Shown: positions 9,933 to 19,261, counted from the first letter of the stretch. The stretch: DNA of 64,000 nucleotides from Candidatus Magasanikbacteria bacterium RIFOXYC2_FULL_42_28 (GCA_001784435.1 MFQZ01000010.1:169960-233959); one strand, 5' to 3'. Translations and numbers: made by a program. The notes: generated by a model from the sequence alone, not told the origin.

Positions 9933-11330
9933 ATGGAAATCTCGCTTATTTTAGAGGAAATTACTCGACAGAATAAGTTCTGGGCGCGAGAAAAACAGCG
10001 TGATTTTTTTGGTAATAATACGTTTAAACGTGAATTGTACCCACGGCTTGTCGCTTTACTGACCGATCGGCTAATTATTTCGATCGTTGGATTGCGACGT
10101 GTTGGTAAAACAGTTTTACTCAAACAATTAATTGGGCATTTGATAGATAATGACAAAGTTGAACCGCGCAATATTTTATTTTTAAGTTTTGATGAAGCGA
10201 TGCTGAGTTCGGCTGTCAAACTCGACGATTACTTGCGGATTTATTTAAGCCATTTTCAGGCGCGACGCACCGGGCGTTTGTATATTTTTTTAGATGAAAT
10301 TCAATATGCGCCCGAGTGGCAACATATTTTAAAACGATTTTATGACACCGAACCGAATATTAAATTTATTATTTCCGGTTCGTCCTCGCTTTTTTTAAAA
10401 AAGAAAGCGACCGAAAGTTTAGTTGGTCGGATTTATGAATTTAATTTACCGGTATTAAGCTTTGTGGAATATTTGGAATTGGCCCAAGTTTTTTCCGCCA
10501 ACTTGTCAATTTTTAAATCTTTGCTATGTGATATCAAGGCGGGATCGAAAGATTGGTTGAAATTAGACGTCGCCAGAAAGATTTTTTTGTCCGAGCATTC
10601 ACTTTGGTTGGCCGGACAATTTGATGAATATTTACTACGTGGACAATTTCCCGAAGTGGTAGGCGAAAAAGATATTGTTAAAATTGAAAGATATTTACGT
10701 GAATCAGTTTATAAAAAAACCATTGAATTTGATATCCCACGGTTATTTGGCGCTGATAAGGTTGGTGATTTAAAATTTATTTTTCAAGTCCTGGTTAACG
10801 AAACAGGTAATCAGTTTGAAGTTGGCAATCTGGCCCAAGAGGCGCAGATCGATCAAAAAACTCTTACTCGCTATTTATCTTTTTTTGAAGAAAGTTTGTT
10901 GGCGCGGATTTTATATAACTATTCGCGCTCATTGCGTAAAACCCATCGCCAGCCCAAGAAGATTTATATTAGTAGTACTAATTTTTATCCGTTGGACTTG
11001 GCTACGCCGCTTGAAACCCGCGGTGCAATTTTGGGGCATTTAGCTGAAACGCATGCCTGCAATTTATTGCGAGCGCGTTTTGATAATTTATCATTTTATC
11101 GTGTGCGGAAACAGGAAGTTGATTTTATTGGAGCGGACAACTGGTTGGATCGGTCATCCTATCGCTTAATTGAAGTAAAATATCGGTCTGATGTCAGTCG
11201 ACAAAGGTTTGTGTTTTTGGAAAATACCGCTAAGCGTTTTGGTGTTGGTCGGTTGCCGGTGGTTTTAACAAAATATGAATTTGGCGTTTCAGAAAAATTA
11301 GCGTTGGTGCCGTTATTTATGATAAAGTAA
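9933..11330 (+). CDS. AAA+ ATPase, AAA_14 + DUF4143 family
   Basis: Walker A GLRRVGKT, Walker B IFLDEIQ, ISGSSS, ESLVGR; C-terminal EVDF...IEVKY PD-(D/E)XK-like motif. ATG 9933 preferred because it lies downstream of the promoter. Confidence 0.9.
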   Translation: MEISLILEEITRQNKFWAREKQRDFFGNNTFKRELYPRLVALLTDRLIISIVGLRRVGKTVLLKQLIGHLIDNDKVEPRNILFLSFDEAMLSSAVKLDDYLRIYLSHFQARRTGRLYIFLDEIQYAPEWQHILKRFYDTEPNIKFIISGSSSLFLKKKATESLVGRIYEFNLPVLSFVEYLELAQVFSANLSIFKSLLCDIKAGSKDWLKLDVARKIFLSEHSLWLAGQFDEYLLRGQFPEVVGEKDIVKIERYLRESVYKKTIEFDIPRLFGADKVGDLKFIFQVLVNETGNQFEVGNLAQEAQIDQKTLTRYLSFFEESLLARILYNYSRSLRKTHRQPKKIYISSTNFYPLDLATPLETRGAILGHLAETHACNLLRARFDNLSFYRVRKQEVDFIGADNWLDRSSYRLIEVKYRSDVSRQRFVFLENTAKRFGVGRLPVVLTKYEFGVSEKLALVPLFMIK

Positions 11331-11340
11331 TACTAAGTGT

Positions 11341-11378
11341 TTTTAAGTACATTTAAAAGGTTTTGAAAAAATAGGGGA
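11341..11378. repeat. Cassette-leading palindrome, copy 2 (degenerate, left arm truncated)
   Basis: TTTTAAG-taca-TTTAAAAGGTTTTGAAAAAATAGGGGA. Confidence 0.8.
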
Positions 11379-11396
11379 GTTTTTGGGCATAAAGAG

Positions 11397-11449
11397 TTAT
11401 CCACAGAGGTAGTTTGACATTTTTAACTGTTTTAAGTATACTTAAAACA
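11397..11449 (+). promoter_or_regulatory. DnaA-box-like TTATCCACA + sigma70 promoter with palindrome centred on -10
   Basis: TTATCCACA 11397; TTGACA 11414, 17-bp spacer, TATACT 11437; perfect TGTTTTAAG-tata-CTTAAAACA at 11428-11449. Confidence 0.75.
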
Positions 11450-11477
11450 TAGCATAAAAATATGAAATGTTTTAAGT

Positions 11478-12692
11478 ATGTTTAAAGAATATATCAAAAG
11501 AGAGGTTTATGTTAATAAAATTCGTCCTTTTATCGGCAAGGATATTATTAAGGTTTTAGTTGGCCATAGACGGGTCGGTAAGAGTTATTTGTTGTATCAG
11601 ATAATGGATGAAGTCAAAAACCAAGATTCAAAAATAGAGATTGTGTATATTAATAAGGAGTTAAATGATTTTGCCGATATTGTTGATCATCAGAGCTTGC
11701 TTAAATATATTGATTTAAAAAAAAATAAAAATAGTGGCGGAAAAACCGCGCTATTTATCGACGAAGTGCAGGACATTATTAATTTTGAAAAGGCCCTGCG
11801 TCACCTAAACGCCTCCGGGCAGTTTGATATTTATTGTACAGGCAGTAATGCTAAATTGTTATCAGGCGAGTTGGCGACTTTTTTGTCCGGTCGGTATATA
11901 GAAGTTGAAGTGCGCGGTTTGTCGTACAATGAATTCTTGGAATTTCATAAATTGGCAAAAGGTAAAGAATCTCTATTTCGTTATATTAAATATGGCGGTT
12001 TACCATATTTAATTAATTTACCACCGGAAGACGATGCCGTGTATGATTATTTGCGCAACATTTATAACACTATCGTTTTAAAAGATGTGGTCGAGCGTTT
12101 TAGATTAAGGAATGTAAATTTGCTGGAAAGATTGATTGAATATCTTGCGGATAATGTTGGTAGTTTGGTTTCAGCCAATAATATCAGTGATTTTTTAAAA
12201 TCGCAAAAAATTAAAATTTCACCGAATACCATTTTAAATTATCTGTCATATTTGGCGGCGAGTTATTTTATTTATAAAGTTCCGCGGCTAGATATTGTGG
12301 GAAAGAAAATTTTTGAGGTTAATGATAAATTTTATTTTGAGGATTTAGGATTAAGGCATGTGGTGGTTAATTACAAACAATCGGATATTAATAAAATTTT
12401 AGAAAATTTAGTGTTTTCGCATTTGAAATATATTGGTTATGAGGTTAAGGTCGGCCAATTGGGCCAGCAGGAAATTGATTTTGTAGCAAGCCGGGGTGAG
12501 GCGCGGGTTTATGTGCAAGTGGCTTACTTGCTAAATAGCGAGGCGGTCAAGCAACGAGAGTTTGGCAATTTATTAAAAATTGATGATAATTATAAAAAAA
12601 TAGTGGTGAGTATGGATGATTTTGGCGGGGGGAATGTTAGCGGTATCGAGCAGTGGAATGTCGTAGATTTTTTATGTGATTTTCTCGGGTAG
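11478..12692 (+). CDS. AAA+ ATPase, AAA_14 + DUF4143 family
   Basis: GHRRVGKS, LFIDEVQ, TGSNAKLLSGELATFLSGR, KFYFEDLG, LENLV, EIDFVA...YVQV. Confidence 0.92.
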   Translation: MFKEYIKREVYVNKIRPFIGKDIIKVLVGHRRVGKSYLLYQIMDEVKNQDSKIEIVYINKELNDFADIVDHQSLLKYIDLKKNKNSGGKTALFIDEVQDIINFEKALRHLNASGQFDIYCTGSNAKLLSGELATFLSGRYIEVEVRGLSYNEFLEFHKLAKGKESLFRYIKYGGLPYLINLPPEDDAVYDYLRNIYNTIVLKDVVERFRLRNVNLLERLIEYLADNVGSLVSANNISDFLKSQKIKISPNTILNYLSYLAASYFIYKVPRLDIVGKKIFEVNDKFYFEDLGLRHVVVNYKQSDINKILENLVFSHLKYIGYEVKVGQLGQQEIDFVASRGEARVYVQVAYLLNSEAVKQREFGNLLKIDDNYKKIVVSMDDFGGGNVSGIEQWNVVDFLCDFLG

Positions 12693-12716
12693 AATTAAAA
12701 TAATTATGAATTTATT

Positions 12717-12962
12717 ATGAAAACTATAATAGAAATAGACCGAAAGCAAGATGAAGTAATCCGCCTTCACTTATCCAATGACGACTATGATGATTTTGGC
12801 TGGATAGACATGTGGACGACCAAAGAAAAAGAGGGGGATGAGCCGGAGCAGAGTGAAACCGTGAATTTTTTCATTGACGATTTACGCGCGGCTCTAGAAG
12901 GATTTGTGGCGCAAAGAGAGTTGCAACATAAGCGAGATCAGATGTTGAAAGAAAATGAGTAG
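12717..12962 (+). CDS. Small acidic hypothetical protein
   Basis: 81-aa ORF with AT-rich start context. Confidence 0.55.
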   Translation: MKTIIEIDRKQDEVIRLHLSNDDYDDFGWIDMWTTKEKEGDEPEQSETVNFFIDDLRAALEGFVAQRELQHKRDQMLKENE

Positions 12963-13017
12963 ACAAGTTGATAATTTTGAGATTTAATTTTTGGCAATAC
13001 TGTGCTATAATATATCC

Positions 13018-13071
13018 ATGACCAATAATGCTTCACCGACAATTTTAGTCAAAAAATCCGACGGCACGTTC
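13018..13071 (+). pseudogene. Orphan 5' fragment of the gene at 14637, with its own promoter
   Basis: MTNNASPTILVKKSDGTF vs MDNNTKQPTILVKKSDGTF; 29-nt identity 13039-13067 = 14661-14689; both preceded by TG-n-TATAAT 6 nt before ATG. Confidence 0.85.
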
Positions 13072-13116
13072 ACAAAACCTTTTAAGCACCCTTAAAAGGT
13101 TTTGTAAAAATAGGGG
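13072..13116. repeat. Cassette-leading palindrome, copy 3 (ACAAAACCTTTTAAG-cacc-CTTAAAAGGTTTTGT + AAAAATAGGGG)
   Basis: Perfect 15-bp inverted repeat starting exactly where similarity to the 14637 gene ends. Confidence 0.9.
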
Positions 13117-13197
13117 AAATTTTAAGTATAAAGTTATCCACAGCACCGTTTGACTTATCAGTGTTATTTTGGTAAATTAGCACAATATACTAATTTT

Positions 13198-13782
13198 ATG
13201 AAATGGATTGATTTTGAGAAAAGTATTAAAGATAAAGATATTAAGTTATTTACACCGCGCGATGTAAGTGTTTTTTTGGGTCGCTCAACAATTGCTGTGC
13301 GATTTTTAATGCATCGCCTAAAACAAAACGGACAAATTATGGGGGTTAAGCGCGGTCTTTATAAATTATCCGGTCAACTCGTACCTGATTATTATTTGGC
13401 TAATAGAATTTACGCTCCCTCCTATATTTCTTTAGAATCGGCGTTGTCATATTATGGTGTTATTCCGGAAACCGTATATGAAATTACGTCAGTAACTTCT
13501 AAAATTACTCGTCGTTTTGAAACCGCCGGAAAAATTTTTTCTTATCATAAAATTAAACAATCTGCTTTTACCGGTTATGGTATAGCGCACCAAGACGGAG
13601 CAAATTTTTATTTGGCTGACGCGGAAAAAGCGTTTATAGATGTGTGTTATCTGCGGTTATTGGCGGGCCGAGAGTCGATATCTCGTTTTGACAAAACAAA
13701 GCTTAATAAGGAGAAAACTTTAAGTTATGCTGATTTGTATAAAAATAAAAAATTAGTTGCGACTATTCGTAAATTATTATGA
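13198..13782 (+). CDS. abiEi: Type IV TA antitoxin, AbiEi family
   Basis: N-terminal wHTH with KRGLY; PSYISLESALSYYGVIPE and AEKAFID motifs; overlaps the toxin start (ATGA). Confidence 0.88.
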   Translation: MKWIDFEKSIKDKDIKLFTPRDVSVFLGRSTIAVRFLMHRLKQNGQIMGVKRGLYKLSGQLVPDYYLANRIYAPSYISLESALSYYGVIPETVYEITSVTSKITRRFETAGKIFSYHKIKQSAFTGYGIAHQDGANFYLADAEKAFIDVCYLRLLAGRESISRFDKTKLNKEKTLSYADLYKNKKLVATIRKLL

Positions 13783-14540
13783 TTACCAAAGATTATATTG
13801 AGAAATTAGCAAAGCTTGGCCATGTTGCAACATTTCCAAATATCGCGAGAGAGTATTTTCAGCATGTTTTTTTGTCAAATTTAAGTCAGATTCCTGGTGG
13901 GGAAAAGTTATTGTTTAAGGGTGGTACGGCCTTGCGAATAGTTTATGGTAGTCCGCGTTTTTCCGAAGATTTAGACTTTTCTTTGTTCGGCGTCTCGCAC
14001 TCGCTCGTTAATAAATTTGTGGAAGATATTTTTCTGAAGATTTTATCTGAAATTGAAAGGACTGGGATTAAGGTTGAATTGGGTAAAAAAAGCGGAGAAA
14101 CAAGCGGCGGATATTTTGGTGTGGCATCGTTTCGGTTCTATGATTATCCTTTGATTGGCGTTGAGATCAATGTATCCGCGCGAGGAACCAAGCAGTTGGC
14201 CGGGGAAGCAGATAGTATCGTTAGCGATTTTGCGCCGGCGTATTCGTTATTGCATTTACCGCAAATTGTTTTGGTTGAAGAAAAAATATTTGGCGCTTTA
14301 CTGGAACGCAAAAAACCACGTGATTTTTATGATTTGTATTTTATTATGCGCAAAGGAATGCTAACGAATGAGCAGAAACAGCGATTATCAACGGTCAAAA
14401 ATAAAATAATCGCGAGTGCCAAGAAGATCGATTTTCGATATGAACTCGGTGTTTTTTTACCTTCTGACCAGCAATTGATTGTACGGGATTTTTCAGCAGT
14501 TTTAGAGCGGGAGTTAAATAGACAATTAGCAAAAATCTGA
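13779..14540 (+). CDS. abiEii: Type IV TA toxin, AbiEii/AbiGii nucleotidyltransferase
   Basis: FKGGTALRIVYGSPRFSEDLDF, EK...R.KPRDFYDLY. Confidence 0.93.
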   Translation: MITKDYIEKLAKLGHVATFPNIAREYFQHVFLSNLSQIPGGEKLLFKGGTALRIVYGSPRFSEDLDFSLFGVSHSLVNKFVEDIFLKILSEIERTGIKVELGKKSGETSGGYFGVASFRFYDYPLIGVEINVSARGTKQLAGEADSIVSDFAPAYSLLHLPQIVLVEEKIFGALLERKKPRDFYDLYFIMRKGMLTNEQKQRLSTVKNKIIASAKKIDFRYELGVFLPSDQQLIVRDFSAVLERELNRQLAKI

Positions 14541-14636
14541 TGATTTTATAATTTTTGCAATTAAGTAAAATAATATTCGCACCGGCACCAAATATTTGAT
14601 TAGGTAATTGCGTCTATTTTGTGGTATAATATACCT

Positions 14637-15665
14637 ATGGACAATAATACCAAACAACCAACAATTTTAGTCAAAAAATCCGACGGCACCTTCGCGCGGA
14701 TGTCTTTGGGGGAGATAAAAAAGATGAAAGTGGGTAAAATTACAGCACCGTCGTCTGTCATCCTGAATGAAATGAAGGATCCCTTGAAGTTGGCAGTAAG
14801 GGATTCTTCGGTCGCTACGCTTCCTCAGAATGACAATAACAAAAAAGTCGGAATGACAGGTAAAGACGCCAAGTCGCTTTTAGAAGAAGACAAATTGGTA
14901 GCCCCGGGCACGAGCGTTGCCGTTGGCCGAAATAATCAGGTGGACACGGTAATTAAAAAACTATCATTTTCCGTCGCGTCTAATTTTTTCAATCGTTTGC
15001 GGAGCGCGATTCAGTTGCGTTTAAAAGATGTACGCGGGGAAAAAGAAACACGCGCCACGGTGTTGCGTTCTATAAAAGACGGGGGACTGGGCTTGACTGA
15101 AACCCAAGCCAACGAATTGGAGCAAGTGTGCGCGACGGTGGGTAATTTATTGGCGCGACCACCGGCTAAAAGTAAAACTGATTTAATGGTTGAAGATCAA
15201 ATTTTACCGCAAACGTTTCACAAAATGCCTGTGCCGGCGAAAATGGCTCCACATAACGCGTTTGTGCATGAGGAATTTTTAAAAAAAGAAGAAAAATTTA
15301 AAATTAGTCCAGTGGCTGTTAGCCGACCGGCGATGAAGGATGTGGTTGCCGCCGCCGCGCCGGTCGGGCCGGTGGAGGAAATTAAATTTTTTACCCTAAC
15401 TGATTTTCGGCGTTTGGCCCAAGACCCTAACCAAGCCACCAAACGTTTGGCGCAAAAATTTATTAATTTGCGTGAAGAATCAGTTTTGTTATTTTGGCAG
15501 GCCTTGGATGCCTGGAAGCAAAGCCCGTTATTTGCCGACTATGTTGGTGTATTAAATCGAGTTTTTATCGGTAAAGTCGCGTCTGATCAGCAAAAAACGA
15601 GTGACCAGATAACCGATGTTGAGATAAAGGCGCTTATCGCGATGGAAAAAGATTTGGTAATCTGA
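14637..15665 (+). CDS. Hypothetical protein upstream of prgI (carries in-frame palindromic insert)
   Basis: 343-codon ORF with GGLGL and GPVEEI motifs; TATAAT 6 nt before ATG; first gene of the prgI-virB4 run. Confidence 0.75.
   Translation: MDNNTKQPTILVKKSDGTFARMSLGEIKKMKVGKITAPSSVILNEMKDPLKLAVRDSSVATLPQNDNNKKVGMTGKDAKSLLEEDKLVAPGTSVAVGRNNQVDTVIKKLSFSVASNFFNRLRSAIQLRLKDVRGEKETRATVLRSIKDGGLGLTETQANELEQVCATVGNLLARPPAKSKTDLMVEDQILPQTFHKMPVPAKMAPHNAFVHEEFLKKEEKFKISPVAVSRPAMKDVVAAAAPVGPVEEIKFFTLTDFRRLAQDPNQATKRLAQKFINLREESVLLFWQALDAWKQSPLFADYVGVLNRVFIGKVASDQQKTSDQITDVEIKALIAMEKDLVI
14756..14835. repeat. GTCAT...ATGAC palindromic (REP/RPE-like) element inside a CDS
   Basis: TGTCATCCTGA...GAAGGATCCCTT...AAGGGATTCTTC...TCAGAATGACA; 78-nt core read in frame as VILNEMKDP...RDSSVATLPQND. 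Confidence 0.85.
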
Positions 15666-15677
15666 TATAATAATGTT

Positions 15678-16106
15678 ATGGAGCAATTTACCGTCCCACA
15701 ATTTTTAGATGTTGAAGATAAAATTTTTGGCCCGATTACCACGCGCCAATTTGTGATTTTGCTCGCCACCGGTTTATTTCTGTTTATTGCTTACAAATTG
15801 GCTGATTTTGCGTTGTTTATCACTCTGTTCGTATTTATTGGCGGATTTGCCGTAATTTTGGCGTTTGTTAAAATTAACGGCCAGACCTTCCATTATTTTT
15901 TACTGAATATAATTCAAACCATGCGTCGCCCCAGCCGCCGGTTGTGGCAGAAACGTTATACCGACCAAGAATTAAAAGCAATGGCCGCCGGACCGAAAAA
16001 AGAAATGTTAGAGGCGCCGTCTCCTATTCCCAATCTTTCCAATAGCCGCATTCGCGCCTTGTCGCTCGTCGTTAATACCGGTGGATATTTTAAATATGAA
16101 GAATAA
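15678..16106 (+). CDS. prgI: PrgI family protein (VirB3-like)
   Basis: MEQFTVPQFLDVEDKIFGPITTRQF, two TM segments, KINGQ.F and P..RLW motifs. Confidence 0.88.
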   Translation: MEQFTVPQFLDVEDKIFGPITTRQFVILLATGLFLFIAYKLADFALFITLFVFIGGFAVILAFVKINGQTFHYFLLNIIQTMRRPSRRLWQKRYTDQELKAMAAGPKKEMLEAPSPIPNLSNSRIRALSLVVNTGGYFKYEE

Positions 16107-16782
16107 AGCTGTCGCCAAAAAGAAAGTCGCTTTGATATCCGCGCAAAAACATTTGTTTATCGCGGAAATTAAGCAAGATACGGTGATTTTAAAAGACGGC
16201 ACTTTGCGCGCGGTTTTAATGGTGTCCAGTTTGAACTTTGCGTTGAAAAATGAAGACGAGCAAACCGCGATTGTCTCATCGTATGTTGGCTTTTTAAATT
16301 CACTTGATCATCCTTTGCAAATTTTAATTCAGTCACGCGAACTTTATATTAAACCGTATTTAGACGATTTAGCCAAACATGAACATGAACAAACTAACGA
16401 ACTATTGCGCACGCAAATCGCCGATTATCGGTCATTTGTGTCGGAGTTGGTTGAGCTCGGACAAATTACCAGCAAACAATTTTATGTGGTTGTGCCCTAT
16501 GATCCTTTGAGTAATAAAAAACGCAGTTTTTGGTCGCGGGCACAGGAAGTATTGAATCCGATTTCGGCCGTAAAATTAAAAGATGAGAAATTTTTACAAC
16601 GCAAATATGATTTAGATCAGCGAGTGCGTTTGGTAGAGTCAGGGTTGTCCAGTATGGGGTTGGAAGTGAAACGGCTTGATACCCAAACTTTGATTGAATT
16701 GTATTTTTCGTCGTATAATCCGGATATTGCTTTAAGTGAACATTTGCCGGAAATTAATAAAATTCAGGTAGAAGAAGAATAG
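16096..16782 (+). CDS. TraC-like / VirB4-associated protein
   Basis: I.EIKQDTVILKDG.LRAVLMVSSLNFALK..DEQ.A...FLNSL; lies between prgI and virB4. Confidence 0.8.
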   Translation: MKNKAVAKKKVALISAQKHLFIAEIKQDTVILKDGTLRAVLMVSSLNFALKNEDEQTAIVSSYVGFLNSLDHPLQILIQSRELYIKPYLDDLAKHEHEQTNELLRTQIADYRSFVSELVELGQITSKQFYVVVPYDPLSNKKRSFWSRAQEVLNPISAVKLKDEKFLQRKYDLDQRVRLVESGLSSMGLEVKRLDTQTLIELYFSSYNPDIALSEHLPEINKIQVEEE

Positions 16783-16783
16783 T

Positions 16784-18646
16784 ATGGCCTTCAAACCAGT
16801 ATTCACCAATAAACCGGCGCTAGATAAAGCCAAAATTGCTCTGGAGCAAAAGACCGAAGCGGAGTTGATTACGCTTGAAGAAGAGCGGATTTATCGCGAG
16901 GGCGTGGTTTCAATTAAGGATTTAATTGCTCCGGCGGCTTTTAATGTTGAAAAAGATCATTTGGAATTGGGCACGACATATTGCCGCACCATGTTTATTG
17001 TCAGTTACCCACGTTATATCAGCGTCGGTTGGAGCTCGCCGGTAATAAATTTGTCCGTCAATATGGACATCACCATGTTCTTTTATCCGGTTAAATCAGC
17101 TATTATTTTGAAACAGTTAAGAAATAAAACCGGCGCTTTGCAAGCTCAAATTACCGCTGATTCGGAAAAGGGCGCCCCGCGCGACCCACTCCGTGAAACG
17201 GCTTTGCGCGATGTGGAAGAATTACGCGACAGTTTGACGCAGGGCACGGAACATTTTTTTCAATTTGCTTTTTACGTTACGATTTATACCCAAGACAAAA
17301 CCCGTTTGGATCAATTGTCCGAAGATATCGAAAACATGTTCGGCAGTAAATTAATTACGAGTCGTAAAGTTTTATACCAAGCCGAACAGGGTTTTAATTC
17401 TACCTTACCGCTTTGCAATGACGAACTGATGATCGCGTTCAACATGAATTCCAGTCCGATCGCCGCTTCCTTTCCGTTTATTTCGGCCGAACTTACCTCG
17501 GATGATGGTATTTTATACGGCATTAATCGCCACAACAACAGTTTGATTTTGTTTGACCGGTTTTCGCTTCAAAACGCCAATATGGTGGTGTTTGCCACTT
17601 CCGGCGCGGGTAAAAGCTATGCCATCAAATTGGAAATTTTGCGCTCGATGATGCTTGGCGTGGAAGTGATTGTGATTGATCCGGAAATGGAATATAAACA
17701 TTTGTCCGACGCGGTGGGTGGGACTTACATTAATATTTCGCTTTCGTCAGAAAGTAAAATCAATCCTTTTGATTTGCCACGGCCACGCGAACGCGACACG
17801 CCCGTGTCTGATATTATTCGGGGCGCGGTTATCACTGTCAAAGGTTTGCTTCGGATTATGTTGGGCGGTTTTACTACTCAAGAGGACTCCATTATTGACC
17901 GCGCTTTGATTGAAACCTACGCCAAAAAAGATATTACGCCGGAAGCGGATCTGTCGGCTGTCAAACCACCGATAATGCAGGATTTGCAAGAAATTTTAGA
18001 AGGCATGACCGGCGCGGATGAATTGGTTTTAAAATTGCAAAAATATACCGAAGGCACTTTTGCCGGGTTATTTAATTCGCCCACGAATGTTGACACTAAA
18101 AATCAATTAGTGGTATTTTCCGTGCGTGATTTGGAAGATGAATTGCGCCCGATGGCGATTTACGCCATTGTTAATTACATTTGGAATACGGTGCGGTCGG
18201 AGCGTAAAAAACGTTTGTTAATTATTGACGAGGCCTGGTGGCTCATGATGCACGAAGACAGCGCTCGTTTTATTCACGCGCTGGTTAAACGTTGTCGCAA
18301 ATATTTTTTGGGTGTTACAACCATTACCCAAGATGTGAATGACTTTTTGGGTTCTAAATACGGACAGGCGATTGTTACTAACTCGGCTTTGCAGTTGCTT
18401 TTGCGTCAATCGCCCGCGGCTATTGATAACATTCAAAAAACATTTTTGCTTACGGACAGCGAAAAATATCTGTTGCTGGAATCAGGTCCGGGTGAGGGGA
18501 TATTTTTTGCTGGCTTGAAACACGCGGCGATAAAAGTGGTGGCGTCGTATACCGAAGATCAAATAGTTACCACTAATCCGGAACAGTTATTACAAATTGA
18601 ACAGTCCAAAAAAGAATTTGAACAGATGAATAAAATTCCGAGTTAA
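16784..18646 (+). CDS. virB4: VirB4-like T4SS/conjugation ATPase
   Basis: YGIN, Walker A ATSGAGKS, VIDPEMEY, INPFD, Walker B IIDEAW, RCRKY, ITQDV. Confidence 0.92.
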   Translation: MAFKPVFTNKPALDKAKIALEQKTEAELITLEEERIYREGVVSIKDLIAPAAFNVEKDHLELGTTYCRTMFIVSYPRYISVGWSSPVINLSVNMDITMFFYPVKSAIILKQLRNKTGALQAQITADSEKGAPRDPLRETALRDVEELRDSLTQGTEHFFQFAFYVTIYTQDKTRLDQLSEDIENMFGSKLITSRKVLYQAEQGFNSTLPLCNDELMIAFNMNSSPIAASFPFISAELTSDDGILYGINRHNNSLILFDRFSLQNANMVVFATSGAGKSYAIKLEILRSMMLGVEVIVIDPEMEYKHLSDAVGGTYINISLSSESKINPFDLPRPRERDTPVSDIIRGAVITVKGLLRIMLGGFTTQEDSIIDRALIETYAKKDITPEADLSAVKPPIMQDLQEILEGMTGADELVLKLQKYTEGTFAGLFNSPTNVDTKNQLVVFSVRDLEDELRPMAIYAIVNYIWNTVRSERKKRLLIIDEAWWLMMHEDSARFIHALVKRCRKYFLGVTTITQDVNDFLGSKYGQAIVTNSALQLLLRQSPAAIDNIQKTFLLTDSEKYLLLESGPGEGIFFAGLKHAAIKVVASYTEDQIVTTNPEQLLQIEQSKKEFEQMNKIPS

Positions 18647-18661
18647 ATTAATTAAAATTTT

Positions 18662-19261
18662 ATGCTTCCACTTCGCACCCGCATTTTCATAATCATCAGT
18701 TTAGTGGTTCTGGTAGTTCTGGGTATTAGTGTGTTGGTCTCGGTTTTAAGTAACCGTGAACCATCGGCGCCCACGACCGAGACGCCCGATTCGGTCGTTG
18801 ATTTGCCGGCCGGGACAGTGCTGTATAATGGTGCACCAGTGGTAGTGTCCCCAATAGAAAACGGTTTAACTCCACCGCCCGCACTCACTACTTTAGAGGC
18901 CGAACAAAACAGCGTCCGTCAATTGGCGCGGATTTTTACCATTCGTTATAATTCTTATTCCACGGATGCTAATTATCAAAATATTCGTGAAGTGCAGAGT
19001 TTGGTAACGGACAATTTATGGGCGCAAATTAGCAAACCACTCGCCGGTAACAGCGTTAGCGCCAATTTTTTGGGCGTTACTACCAATGTTATTGGCACGG
19101 AATTATTGTCCTGGGGAAGTGACGTCGCGGTTGTGGCCGTAAAAACCACTTCGGTGCAAGATAAAAATGGAGTAGAAAGTAATTTAGCGCGTAGTGGCAC
19201 GGTGAATTTGGTTAAGACCGACGGTCAATGGTTGGTAGATAAATTTGCATGGGAGAAATGA
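18662..19261 (+). CDS. Single-pass membrane protein, VirB8/TcpC-like (NTF2-type C-terminus)
   Basis: N-terminal TM, LARIF..RY.SYS, C-terminal V.LVK.DGQWLVD; directly downstream of virB4. Confidence 0.6.
   Translation: MLPLRTRIFIIISLVVLVVLGISVLVSVLSNREPSAPTTETPDSVVDLPAGTVLYNGAPVVVSPIENGLTPPPALTTLEAEQNSVRQLARIFTIRYNSYSTDANYQNIREVQSLVTDNLWAQISKPLAGNSVSANFLGVTTNVIGTELLSWGSDVAVVAVKTTSVQDKNGVESNLARSGTVNLVKTDGQWLVDKFAWEK

Noticed and set aside
9807-13116. Palindromic repeats as a CRISPR array
   Set aside because: Only three copies, spaced 1.5-1.7 kb apart by whole genes; no 30-40 nt spacers and no cas genes.
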